Of a stretch of DNA of 64,000 nucleotides, positions 49,007 to 63,223 are shown piece by piece. The position numbers and the translations under genes are program-made. Positions within the stretch are counted from its first letter, which is position 1, and each line of letters starts with the position of its first letter. Below the pieces are notes generated by a model. It saw only the letters and a list, made by a program, of their open reading frames with translations. It made no database searches and was not told the DNA's origin. The stretch is from Octopus bimaculoides (Eukaryota): NCBI RefSeq assembly GCF_001194135.2, contig NC_068982.1, positions 49,046,218 through 49,110,217 on the forward strand. Reading direction: 5' to 3'.

Positions 49007-51542
49007 TTATTTTCTGTTTGACTTATTTTCTGAAACCTTGAACTGCTTGATGATGGCTTTCATCAGTTCACTCTTATTGTTACAGTTTTGGACCTGCTAC
49101 ATGAACTCAGCCATTCTGAGGATGTCTGGTCATTGAGAATATTTCTTGGCCACTGATGACATGTTCTCTATGATGACCAAAGACTAGTTCTCTACTGACC
49201 CTAAACACAAAGGACCAAACTATGTTCAAGAAGAACCTGAGCCATTGTGGTTGGTGGCTAAAGCTATTAACATGGCATAGCAGTCTGTTTCCTAGGTCAA
49301 ACTGGAATCAACTATGTTGATACTGTTGAAATGTTCAAAAGAGAAATAAGTCTAAATTTGACATGTGAAACATAATATTCATAACATGAAGTTAGGTCAT
49401 CATCAGTTCTTGGTTCACAAAAGCTTGTCTTGTGAACTATGTAATAAATCCAAGAAATTTTTCTCAACTGTAAGTACAAGGCCTGAAATTTTGGGGAGGG
49501 AAGTATATGATTACAATGCCTCCAGTGCTCAACTAATACCTATTTTATTGACCCTGAAAGGATGGCTGGCAAAGTCAACCTTGATAGAATTTAAACTCAG
49601 AAAATGAAGAAGGAAGAAATGCCACAAAGCATTCTGTCTACCAACTTGCTGCCTTTGATGCATCGAAGAATGAAACACAACAATGATTATGATGGTGTTC
49701 TGTGATGAAACTGATCTAAATGTAGGATATATGTAAATATAGATTGAGAAACTTTTCATCTCTGAAAATGAGATTAATAGCCAAAAAATTATAATCTTTA
49801 AAACCATTATATTCTAATATATGCAAGTGGCAAGTGAGCAGATTAAATGTATTTTATAACAAGATGTAACAATCAAAGGGACATTATGATTACAAAATTG
49901 AGCATCAGTAACCATTCAAATAAGTCCTGAGATAACTTCTTTGTTTGCCAGACCATTTTGGTTATTTTAACAAGAAATGACAGGACCACAAGCTTATTAG
50001 TATTCAGAAGCTTAAATGAAATGTTTCATTGCAAAAAGATTTTATAAAATCAATATATACTTAATCTTACCTTTCAGGAAAAATTAAATGCATTACTTGT
50101 TTCAGTTTTAGCATGATCTATGAAAACATATCTAGAGAGAAACAGCAAATACATGTAAAGAGCATTACCACTGCAGAATATGACAAGTGTTTAGTGACTT
50201 AAAATAAAACTAAGCAAAATGTAACCAGTTAATAAAAGAAACGTTGGCTGTTAAAGTAAGTGCATGTTAGGTCATGTTTAAGGCTCATTTGGAATAGAAG
50301 AAACACAAAGAGCTACTTATGTTAAATAGTATCAATAATACAGTGATAGATATAAGAGATAGCTCACAGTACCTATACATTTTATAGTAAGAATTCTCAT
50401 TTCACTGGACAGAAAAGTATCATGGATATACATTGTGTAACCTCATACCAAATAAATTAAAGGCAAGAGTAAAAAAACATATATAACGTTCCTTTTTACG
50501 TGCCTTAACAACTGACATGATATATTTACTGAGAAATGACAGAAAGCTGAAAAGACACTGAGGATAGAAAGTCAAATGTAATTTTTATCCTTTATCTTTC
50601 ACTTGTCTTTAGACTGTGGCCATACTGGGGCACCACCTTGAGGAATTTTAGCTGAACTAATCAACCTTAGTATTTATTGTCTTTTTAAGCCAGGTACTAT
50701 CAGTCTCTTTTGCTGAACTACTAAGTTACAGGGAAACAAACACTAACACCGACTGTCAAGTGGTGGTGTGGGGGACAAACACACATACATATATATAGTC
50801 AATTAAAAAAAAACACAGGATAAAAGAAAAACCAAACAAACATTTGGACATTGCACAAACAATGTATTAATAAGATGCACAGAGAAGGAAAAGAGTAGAA
50901 GTTTTATGTTTTGAGCATAGCTCTACTTCAGAAAAAAGGAAGAAGCAGGAAAGTCCAAGATGAAGGAGCGAAAAACATACCAGCCATCACGTGTGGTTAT
51001 ATTTTTGAAGAAGGTGACTGGAAGTAGGAATGAAGAGAAAATACTTGCTGGAACAGGAGAGTGTGAAAATGGTCAGTATGCATGAGTGCATGCACGTGTG
51101 TGTGTGTGTGTGTGTGTGGTGGCGTGTAGTGTGTGTGGTAGCGTGTGTATGTATGGCAGTGTGTGCGTGTGGCAGTAACTGCATGTGTGTGTATGCGTGG
51201 TAGCCTGTGTGCATGTGGTGGCAACTGTGTGTGTATATATGTGGTGCATGTGTGTGTGCATAGATGGAAGGGTCAATAGTAGGTGAGAGGGAGTCAGAAG
51301 AGAGTGTGAGAATGTGTTGGCGTGGCTGTAGAGGGGTGAGAAGGAATGTGTGTGGATGCGTTGGTGTAGCCAAGAGTGTAAATATGTGTGTGGGTGTGTA
51401 TGTGCATATATATATATATAGCTCTATTCTTCCTGTCAACAACACTGAACACTGATTCCTTCAAATTTATTTCATGGGAGATACCACTGGGACAAAAATG
51501 CCTCTTTTGAATGGACTTCAGGAAATTTCCCATGCCACCAAA

Positions 51543-51692
51543 CGATATGTGAGGAACTTCAAAACTACTATACAATACTGACATACAGACAAGCTCAAAT
51601 TCAAAGTTATCATAAGGAGTGACCAAATGCCTATTGGAGAGCACCAAGGATGCTTTAACCAGCCCCAAAATGATGAAATTGCAATTCTGCTC
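51543..51692 (+). mobile_element. Helitron Rep/Hel N-terminal remnant
   Basis: One frame reads RYVRNFKTTIQY*HTDKLKFKVIIRSDQMPIGEHQGCFNQPQNDEIAILL, matching the Helitron motif YVxxFK...VIxxDxxPxGEHxxxFNxPxxxEVA. Confidence 0.75.
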
Positions 51693-52742
51693 TGCCATCC
51701 CGATGAGGCCACACCATCGACTACATGGCTACCTCCTTCACCAATACATCAACATGCTTTTTCATGTCAACTCTTTAGCAACTATTTCAACACCAACTGG
51801 GATGGTCCACAAGAGTTTACATCCTCGTGGTGTGGACTGGGCAGCATTCTGACTTTGGTCTGAATGACTAAAAACTCCAATACAATGCAATCATTCACCA
51901 ATTTCCATTGTGCATTACCAGTGGACATGATACTTTTCAACCCTTCATGATAGCTCATTAGTGACTGTTGTTATATGCAGGGGGATAACTCTAAGTAAAC
52001 GCTCTGCTCACAAGAAGACTCATGCTGGTCTGGTTATTTTCAGTACGTATATACTTGTATCTTGCTCACTTTTACCGTCATTACAACTTCACAATTATCT
52101 GTCTGTCTTTCAATGCAGCATCTTTTCACTGCTAAAGATTCAAAGCAGTATTCGTGAACTGAAGTCAAATTCTTCATGTCTTCATTTTTTGTTACCTGAA
52201 GTCAATTTCAGAGTGGTTGTACACTGTAAGGATGTAGCAAATACATTCCTTTAACTCTACTTTTTCAAGTATGTATTATATTGCCATTTTTGAACATTCC
52301 AATCATATTTCTCTCTGAAGAAATAGCTCCCTTTGCTGTTGAATAAAATAAACATGCAGAGGGGAGGTTTCAACGTCTTCCTTCAATTTCCTCACACCAT
52401 TTATGTGCCTTTTTCTGACAAGAAATTTTGCTTTCATGTAAAACAACTATACTTTGTAGTCATTATCCGTAATCTACTCTCAAAACACTTCAATAGCTCT
52501 ACTTTGCATCACTTGCAAACTTATATGTTCTACAATTATTAAAGGGCAATGACCTCCACAATAACCAACCTTCAATTTGATTTTCCATTCCTAGGTTAAT
52601 CGGAAATGTAAATTGCCATGCTACTCATAAACCTTCTTAGTTGTTCAATTATTTGGTGAAATAAATACCACCAAAGCAATTTAAACTGTCCAAAGGACAG
52701 GTGCATTTACTAGTATATATATATGTAAATATATGAATATAC

Positions 52743-52778
<36 letters not shown>

Positions 52779-52798
52779 ATATAAATATATGTATGTGA

Positions 52799-52845
<47 letters not shown>

Positions 52846-55270
52846 TGACTTTATGTCTGTGTTTGTCTTAGTCACCCAATGCTTGACAACCAGTGTTGGT
52901 TTGTTTACATCCCCATAGCTTAACAGTTTGGTAAAAGAGTGCAATATAATAAGTACCAGTCTTAAATAAAAAGTCCTGGGGTCGATTTGTTTGACTAAAA
53001 CCTCTTCAAGGTAGTGCCGCAGCATGGCCACAGTCTAATGACTATAGCAAGTAAAAGAATAAAGGATAAAAGATAGAGATTATATGATGCACTTCAGTTC
53101 ATTAAATTCAAGATTGCTTCAGGAATGCCAAAAAATTAAATAACATAGACATTTAGTAAGACAATTCACTCCTTTCCAATAGACATGAAGAATCAATGAA
53201 CAAAGAATCTCAGTTTTTGATTTTTCCATAATGGAACCTTTTATTAAGCAATGCATGATGTCTATATAAAAATAAACACAAAGAAAATATAAATAAACCT
53301 AGATATCATTAGCTATTTGCAATGAATTTCTAAACAAGGCAAACAAAGATTGTACAAATAAATATCAAATGACAAATAAGCTGAGATTACTTTCTATGAA
53401 TGCTGTATTAAATAATTAATGTTATAACATTATAATTACATTGTATGAAGAGAAATAATATCATTGATATGTTACTATTCAATTTGTAGAAGCTTAAATT
53501 AAATGATATTTCCTGTTAATATTATTTCCATAACATACCTCATACTTATATACATCATCATCATCGTTTAACGTCCGTTTTCCATGCTGGCATGGGTTGA
53601 ACAGTTTGACTGAGGACTGGTGAGCCAGAGGCTGCACCAGGCTCCATCTGATCTGGCAAAGTTTCTACAGCTGGATGCCTTTCCTATACATATATATATA
53701 TATATATATAGGTAAGTGATAGGCTTGCCTCGATCCTTCAGGGGTAGTCTGAAGCATCCAAGCAACCAGGGGATGTTTAAATCCGGAGGCACTCCTGGGG
53801 ATCACCTGTATGGGTACCGTCTTGGGAAGAGGGCATCCAGAGGCAGGTAATTTATTGCTTAAACCGTAGTTTATAATTATATTTATGTGGAGAATGGAGC
53901 AACAAATACAAGAAAAAGCAATATTGTTGGACTAGTTAGCCGTTGTTTTATTACGTGGAGGTTATGTAATGAGTCATTGTGGAGGTTGAGGTTATGTAGT
54001 GAGTCATTTTGTATGTTATGCAATAGTCATTTACGTAAATGATAAGCAAAATTGTAGAGGAACAATAGAGGTACAAAGAAAACCCATAACACACTGCAAT
54101 GAAAATATTTCTCATGTTAATTCCAAATAACATAGGAAAGAAACAAATGAATTTATATGCCAACCCAGTATATTCAAAGCAAATTATTTTCATTTTAGAC
54201 AACGGATTTTCAAAATATAATTTATACCAGATCTTTTCAGTGTTTTATATAAGAATGAGAAAGGTTTTTGTCCTTCATTTCCCATTTCCAGTACTGTGAT
54301 TCATCTTGTAAGACAATTTTCATAGTATATAATTCAAAACATTTCTCTCCATCTATTTCATTATAAAATAAATGAACTTTTACTCCCAAACCATTTTGAT
54401 GCCTGCTAAGTCCCATTGCTAGGCTAAAATAGAGAGAAAAGAGTGAACATTTCTCTTTTATATAAGATAACTTAGTTGTTATCAAGAAAACTTACACATT
54501 CAAAATGTTTTTATCTGTGGAGAACAATGATTTTTATCAGTCAAATATAGTTCATAAGTCAAGGTATTTCAGGAAAAAAGAAAATCAAAAAAAGTAATGA
54601 ATAAACTTCCCTGTCTACCATCTTTCAAATGAAGCTTCTTATTTTGCTAAAAATCTGTAGGCTGCTTGTTCCTACAAGATGAGAAGCAAAAGAACAACAT
54701 GATTATTTGGGAGTCAATGAAGATATAATTTGCTAGAAGGGATTCATTTTATAGAATTCTTTATCTAACCGCATAAATTGAAAATATAATTGATTCTGAG
54801 TTAAGGAATATTTGCATGTTTTATCATGAGATTGAAGATAACTAAACCGAAATTTCTAACATTGGCCCAAAGCTATAACTTTTGCAGGAGCACTCAGCTC
54901 ATTAAATAGATGGTGTTACTTGGCTGCAAGTTATTTTAGTGACACCCAGGTGGATGAAAAGCAAAATTGGCACTTTTTATAAATGAACTCAGAAAAAAAA
55001 AAAGAACTAACTAAATAGAATAATTGTTTTATTTATTTATTCATGCATCGGTTATTATGTTACCTGAATATTAAAGGCTCTCTCACTCTGTCTGTTTGTA
55101 TGTATACAGTGATAAGAAACTCTCAAGAGATCTAAACACCAGAAGGTTTTCAGAAAAGAAACCCTACTCAGGCAAATATTTTAACCATTAATTTCTTTCA
55201 CTCTAAGGGGACCAGCATCACAACCAGGTTATAACTTTAATTGTAACTCCTCTCTGTTGTTTGCTTTAAT

Positions 55271-55308
<38 letters not shown>

Positions 55309-55644
55309 CCATCCATCTATCCATGCATGATGGCATCTTCCATTGCAGATGTATGAAAGTTCAGCTTTTGCTGAACGACCAGCACAAAACATTTGTTTAT
55401 AGTAATTCTATACATGTGCTGTACATTAGCTTGTTGCCTTCACCAAATCAACATTGCCTGTCTGGGTGCATAAGTATGCCACACCGTCATATATCAAAAT
55501 GATTGCAGAGCAACTTGAAATGAAGTGTTTTCCTCAAGAACACAACACACGGTCTGGTCTGAGAATCGAACCCACAATCTAGTGATCATGAGTGCAACAC
55601 CCTAACCCCCAGGCCACATGCATTCATTATATATATATATATAT

Positions 55645-55697
<53 letters not shown>

Positions 55698-55698
55698 C

Positions 55699-55861
55699 GG
55701 TGCAGATGTAGCTGTGTGGTAAGAAGCTTGCTTTCCAACCATATGGTTGAGGGTTCAGTCCCAGTTTGACATCTTGGGTAAGTATCTTCTACTATAGCTT
55801 CTGACTGACCAAAGTCTCGTGAGTGGTTTTGGTAGATGGAAACTGAAAGAAGCTCATCATA

Positions 55862-55897
<36 letters not shown>

Positions 55898-56100
55898 CCC
55901 CACCACACCACTTGGCAACAGGTGTTGCTGTGTTTACATCCTCATAACTTAGCAGTTTGGCAAAAGAGATTGATAGAATAAGTACTAGGCTTAAAAAAAG
56001 TCCTGGTGTTGATTTGTTCAACTAAATCCCTTCAAGGCAGTGCCACAGCATGACCACAGCATGGCCACAGTCAAATGACTAAAACAAGTAAAAGTTAAAA
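55699..56100 (+). mobile_element. SINE family A (full-length copy)
   Basis: Same head, core, (TG)n and tail as 6214-6618. Confidence 0.85.
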
Positions 56101-58956
56101 GATAGAAGATATGTGGCACCTTGGGCAAGTGTCTTTATATATATATATGAATATATATATATGTATGTGTGTTTGTGTGTTTGTCCCCCCAACATCACTA
56201 GACAACTGATGCTGGTGTGTTTCCGTCATCATAACCTAGTGGTTAGGCAAAAGAGACCAATAGAATAAGTACTAGGCTTATGAAGAATAAGTCCTGGGGT
56301 TGATTTGCTTGACTAAAGGCGGTGCTCCAGCATGCCCACAATCAAATGACTGAAAAAATTTAAAAGAATATATATGTATATATATAGGCATAGCAATGGC
56401 TGTTAGGTTAAGAAGTGCACTTCACAATTTAATCCCAAGCTTTTGAGTTCAGTCCTACTGCTTGGCATCTATAGCAACTTCCTTTCTTCTGATATAGCCA
56501 TGTGCTGAAAAATGTCTTGTGAGTGGAATTGGTATAAAAAAAAAAACTGAGTGTAAGCAATCATATGTGTATGTGTTCTTGTGCGTGTGTGTATGTGTGT
56601 GTGTAAGCACAAGCGTGTCTTCATCCATATTCTGCAACAGTGATTTGATAAACAGAAAATGGCAAAATAATTACCAGATTTTACAAAATAAGTACCAGAG
56701 ACAATGTGATTGATTAACCTTTTTCATACCAACCCACCAAAAACCACCCAGGTTCTATAATATAAATGTCTTATTTTAAATTAAAACCCTCCATCGAACT
56801 TTGATATTAATTTATGTTTCAAATGCCAGATTAACTGCGACAATTTTATTTGACTAAATTCTTCATTATTTTAAAAAATTGATTGAAACAAAGGTTGTGT
56901 TTCAGTTGGTAATATGGTAATAAAAGAAATATGATAATAAAATGGTTTAAAGCTTTCAAGGGGACACCATATCACGTGACCAAGCAGGGATTCCACTTTT
57001 TTTCTTAAAATATAAGCTATCATTAGTCTGTGAATGATTGTTGTGTGGTAAAATGTCTAACTGCATAAGGTGTCTTTATAATCAACTCTGACCATGCCAG
57101 GGTATCACTATGAAAAACTTCAATGAATGACTTGGACGTGTAAATGAATAAAATGAGAAAACAAAAGAATATTATAATTATGAGGATAAAATTTAAGTGA
57201 CTTATAAACAATAGATTTTACTTTCTGAAGAAGCAACCACCATTGACAAGACCAAAGTGGGTTATTTTCTCAAAACAATTGCACATCACTGGTGTGTGTG
57301 CATGTGCGCATTGTTTTGTGGGGGGGGGTGTCTCTGTGTGTGTGTGTGTGCTGTAAAGAGTTTAACTGAATCAGGTGTGCCTGGTTAACATGACTGAACA
57401 TTTAATCATAAATGGAATCCAGCCATGTAAATATCCGTATCAATGCACTACATTCAAACAATTTAAACTTCAAATGTATATGTCTGTGTCTTAGTGAATG
57501 CAATATAAAAATAAAACAGCCGAATGCCTTAATTAAATTATCAACAATTGAAGATATTTACTGACGATTCCTGAAGAATATTATCAGTAAAGAAAGCATT
57601 GTTAAATTGCACTCCTGTCTGATTTCCTGTTGTGCAATAAACTGAATAGTATTACATGTAGCTAGCTAAGCAGCTAGGACAAGTTCATGTTTATTCCATC
57701 TTTAAAGAAATACAAAATTAAACAGCTGTAATCTGTTACTTCAGGCAAATCTCTCTTGACATCATACACATGCATTTGTAGGAGTTGTTGATGAAAATAT
57801 TGATATTGGAAAGATTGTTGCTACATGCAAAGTATGCACTGAGGTTATAAGAACTTTCTATTCAAGATATTCATATGTCATCGTCCATGTATCTACTACA
57901 ACTGACAGATCCTGTTTTGACTTTGGTTCAGCCTAAAATTTTATAGACATCAATCTCCAAGGAGATAAGTAGTATGGTAAGTTTTAATTTCTCTTCAGTT
58001 CAAAGATTATTAAAGCATTTCATCATATTCCCAATTTGAGAAATGACATTCCAGTATTATCTAAAATAAATTTAAGCATATTCGTTTAAAAGAAAACTTT
58101 ACATTGCTAGTGTCCAACAGGAAGCTTAAACATAGTAGTTTTCGATACATGAGATTACAGTATATTTCCAAACCTAAACACAGACCAAATTATTAGGTGT
58201 TTCCCAAATCAAAAGTGACATGTTGGCTTAACTTTAATCATCTGTTTTATATCCTGGATTGCACAACTTTCTGTTGAGATGATTAAAGAGAGAAAATACA
58301 CCATTTCCTGTGAGTGGTTGTATCTTAATATTAACAGAGGATGAAAAATGTGATGTTGCAAGCAGGTGGATATGGGATCCATAAATTGATGTGTGAGTGA
58401 ACATATGATATTTAGCCAGCTGCTGCTGAATAAAAACTAAAAGAAAGTAATAGTAACAATCAGAAAAGGTAGACAATTTTCCTAGTTTCTATCCAGGAAT
58501 AATTTTTCGATATTTTCTCTGAGTAATTGCATGTTATTGATAAATCATTTCCAATTGCCTTCAGTGAGATCAAGAGGAAATAATACATTGGTTTGATTGG
58601 GTATGTGTTTGCATATGTATGAATGAAACTGTATGTCTCTGCATTTGCATCGTGTGTGTGTGTATGTGTGCGTGCGTGCATGCATACATATGTGTGTGTG
58701 TGTGCGTGTGTGAGTATGATTTTGTGTGTGGAGGTGTATGACTTAGTGGTTAGAGTATTGCATGGAATCGTAAGATGGGGTATCAATTTCTGAACTGAGC
58801 AATGCATTGTGTTCTTGAGCAAAACGTTTGCTTCTCAACCATGCAGTCTTAGGTTCATTCCCACTGTATGGAAAGTAGGGCAAATGTCTTCTACAATTAT
58901 ATCAGGGCAGTGAAAGCTTTGATAGTGGATTTGGTAGATGGAAACTGAAATAAGCT

Positions 58957-59002
<46 letters not shown>

Positions 59003-59748
59003 TTATTTATCACAGCTGTTTGACAAATGAATAAGTGAAACTCTGAGTAACAGTTTTGTGAAAATTTTGCAGCTTTAACAAAAGCATATTACTCTACCTT
59101 TAGTATTCAAGTACTATTTTTTCCACCTGGTTTTGCATTTATATGCTTACTTATGTGTATTTATATCTTTGTTTAATCTTTTATTCGTTTCAGTCATTTG
59201 ACTGCTGCCATGTTGGAACACCATTTTGAAGAATTTTAGTCAGCTAAATCATCCCAGCACTTACTTTTTGAAGCCTGGTTCTTATTCTACCAGTCAATTT
59301 TTGTGAACCACCAAGTTACAGGGTCATAAACACAAGCGGACACCAGCTGTCAGAGACAGTAAAGGAGAAACACAGACCTAAACACACACACACATATGTA
59401 TGACTGACTTACTTCCCTCCTTTGTAACCTGTCTTGCTCTTTTCTCTATTCTACTTGTATCCTTCCATCTTCTCCTCCCATCTTCTCCTCCCACCTTCCC
59501 CAAACAATCACCATTCCTTCAGTGTTCTGCTTGTTATAACCAGAAATCATTCTGAGGAAAGTAGCATTAATTTTCTCCCAATTGGTCAATAGACCAATTG
59601 AATAAACCTATCAGTAATGTACTTATAACGACTACTGGAAACAGCTGTAAGCTAAATTTGCTCCAATAAAGGAAAAATATGTAATGACCATTATTTTTAA
59701 CTTGTTTTATATATATAATACGTATGTATGTATGTATGTATGTATGTA

Positions 59749-59805
<57 letters not shown>

Positions 59806-60339
59806 GAATGGATGTGCGTTTCTACATTATTGAACATTCTCTTGGGGAGGCAGGAAACAAAATATTGGAAATTTGAAGGTAAATACAGTGTTTTATGATC
59901 TCATTCGGCGAGATATTTACATATAGAAAGAAAGATCATATTATTTGCCCTTTTTGTGTATAAGTAAACACAGATATACGTGTTAAAATACATTCTACGT
60001 ACATACATACAGTGTATATATTTAAATTGAAAATATTATATCTTAATCTAATATTGATTTTTCACATAGACAGGAGATCAAAAATTTTTAAAGACATTAG
60101 TGATATGAAGAAAAGAAACTGTCTTCCTCTGGTAATCAAAATTCAACGTATTAGTTTATTGTTAAGGTGTCAGTATCTAAGTTGATAGAGCTTGCAACTG
60201 TGTGTGTGTTATGTGTGTGTGCGTGTGTATGCGTGTGTGTGTGTATACGCACACTTGCATACACACTTGCACTCTGACTGACAGATGTATATGCATATAT
60301 ATATGCATTTAATATGTATAATTTTAATAAATGTGTGTG

Positions 60340-60380
<41 letters not shown>

Positions 60381-60531
60381 NNNNNNNNNNNNNNNNNNNN
60401 NNNNNNNNNNNNNNNNNNNNNNNNNNNNNNNNNNNNNNNNNNNNNNNNNNNNNNNNNNNNNNNNNNNNNNNNNNNNNNNNNNNNNNNNNNNNNNNNNNNN
60501 NNNNNNNNNNNNNNNNNNNNNNNNNNNNNNN

Positions 60532-60602
<71 letters not shown>

Positions 60603-62004
60603 GTAATACTTCGATATACAAGTTAATTCATTCCCAGAGAATGCTCATAAAGTGAAAACTCGTAAACAGGAAATAAAACAAATAAAAGCTCATAACTAAC
60701 TGAAGTGGACAAACAAGCAGATTATTACATAGATACATTGAAGTAGATTTGAACATGAATATACTAATCACTGTTGTGCTTCATCACAGGAGAAAAGCTT
60801 CTCCTCTACAACAAATATGTGTTCATAACACACTGAATAATTTGTTTACTGAAGTTTATAAACAAATGCATCAGTTCTTATTAGATTCATTGATCCAGCA
60901 GGGTGCTTCTGGCTGACAAGATTCAATGATATCATGACACCCAGCTATCCCAAATTCCTTAGTGCTAATAAATCCAGAGTGGTACGAACACAAATTCATC
61001 ATAAAAGAATAGTTGTTTTTCCCTGTGACAAACACAACAGCAATTAGCAAATACATGACTATCTATCTGTCTATCTGTCTGTCTAAGGCAAATAGATAGA
61101 TAGACAGACAGACAGATAAGATAGTTGGGTTAATTTGAGGGTGATTTTCCTATTAGGTCAAACCACCACATACAAGCTTCCTGGCTGACATACATATATA
61201 CATGCATAAATCAGTACAGCATGATTTGGATGAGATTTTGGTGAATATGAAGAAGGAATGAAAAAACCCTAAGCTAAATTTTCCTTCTTATTAGTTCTTA
61301 ATATACTCTATACACAATATGTTAACACTAACTCATATTAAAAAGTTTAGTTATTAACATTAAATGTTTTTGAAGTTAAGAAGTTTCCTTCACCACTAAG
61401 TTCTTCTCACTTGGATCTCTTTACATGGTACTATGAACAAACAAATATCTTCTGCAAAGCTTCGGGTGTTAACCAATGCCTTGTAAGAAGAATATGAAAG
61501 ATGGAAACTGTAGGGAGACTCTGTGTGTGTGTGTATGTGTGGAGGTGTAACAATTCCATTGGCAGTGACTTTAAAGTTACGCCAAATATCTTGACTTATT
61601 CAAACTGTATATGAAAATCACGTACCCCATGTAAAACAAACATACATTTAGTCTATATGGGAAAATAGAATCTTTGATTTAATCACAGTCTTTGGTAGTC
61701 AAGAGAAAGGAACCAGCCAACACATTTTTCATATTTATTAATAATCTTCAGGGCTGCTTCTCAACTACAAAAGTTATGAAGGAGAAGTCTTCCTATGAAA
61801 GACATTTCATAGCACTTTTGTTAATAAATTCTCAGCCATCAATTTTTGCACCATTCATATGATGATATGCTAGTATATCAGTTTATGTTTTTCATAAAAT
61901 TTGTTCCTTATAACTTCAATTGCTGAGAGGCATGGTAAGTGATTCTGATGAGTATTAATAAATATCAAAACACGTGTCAGCCAATTACTTGCCCTTGGCT
62001 ACCA

Positions 62005-62345
62005 ACAGATTCTGCAATTTAATCACAGATTATATTTTCACAACGAGCGTAAATGTATATTTGTTAAACATATTCTATATGATTTCCATATAAACATTTA
62101 TTTAAATGATGCTGTGCAGGTGCTTTTGTTATTAAATATCTAGCTGTCAACCTTGCACCATATAAATTACTTTACACTTGTAATATGAAACACATGTCAG
62201 CGGTTCCTTTTGCTTAGCTACAGAAGATTCTGTGGTTTAATCACAGATTATATATTTTTACACTGAGATATATTTTTACAATGTGTTCTTATTAAACATA
62301 CTGTATGCGATTTTTAGATGCATATTTATTAAAATAATGCTGTGT
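62005..62345 (+). repeat. Degenerate direct repeat, 218-bp period
   Basis: agattctg...tttaatcacagattata at 62007 and 62225, each followed by similar ttaaacata...atttattaaa..atgctgtg; partial third motif near 61675. Confidence 0.65.
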
Positions 62346-63145
62346 TAATATCACTGTTAACTCTTTGCCTGTCCAACCAGTTTTCATAAGTTTGCTTTAA
62401 AAGTCTATGCTTGTTTTTAGACTTTTAGTTGGCCCTTGTTTGATATGTTCTGAGAGATATAAAGCTTTCCTTTCATAATTCCAAAGTTACTTTGGTGGTT
62501 AAAAAAAAATTGGGAATGTGTATCATATATAAACATGGATGCCAGGGAGATATGTCCTGTGCATCCCAAGTAATACACAGGACAAACATAGAGCTAATGC
62601 ATACATTTGCATATATGTTTATGTTGATCCATGTTTGTGTTTGTAGCCACACCTATATATATATATTTGCATAAACTAGTGTCCTCCAGACAGGAATCAT
62701 TTCCATTTTTAATGAAATGTTTCACTTCATAAAATGCTTAATTAATAATTTACTGGTTATTTCATATTGATGATATCTAAAAAGAATGAATTAATGTTAT
62801 AAAGGATTACCAATTACTAGAAATTTTAAGGACCTCATAAAAAAAAATCAGATATGTGAATTCTGTGTGCCTTTCTCATTATAATTCCTTGATTTCAATT
62901 TCAAAATTCTAATCCTGCTCTATTTCATGGTAAAATGACTATCTCCTTTGAAAGAGCTGTGGCCATTATAAGGACAACATGTGTATGTAAAAAATCATCC
63001 CATCTGCCAATGAAAATGGAAAATATTCGTTTTATATTACCACCATGCTCAGTGCAGTTATGTGTGATGTGTGTTTTCATCTAAAATGAAGACGAACACC
63101 ATTCCTCCATGTGGTCAGCTTGAAAAAGTGTTATGATATTAAGAT

Positions 63146-63223
63146 ATTCTTCCTAACATGAAACCAATGGTAGCTTTAGTACACATTCTTCATAACATGA
63201 AACCAATGGTAGCTTTAGCACCC
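63146..63223 (+). repeat. 39-bp tandem duplication (2 copies)
   Basis: attcttc(c/a)taacatgaaaccaatggtagctttag(t/c)ac.c repeated twice. Confidence 0.85.

Noticed and set aside
57780-58480. Several acceptor-led open frames on both strands (for example GVVDENIDIGK..., SSWLNIICSLTHQF...)
   Set aside because: No recognisable domain and no consistent donor/phase chain; such frames occur at chance level in AT-rich DNA.
59579-59600. Perfect 9-bp hairpin caattggtc-aata-gaccaattg
   Set aside because: Single short palindrome without a Helitron CTRR end or other support; expected by chance in 64 kb.
60871-61056. Cys-containing minus ORF with an acceptor
   Set aside because: Isolated, no homology recognised, no linkage to other exons.
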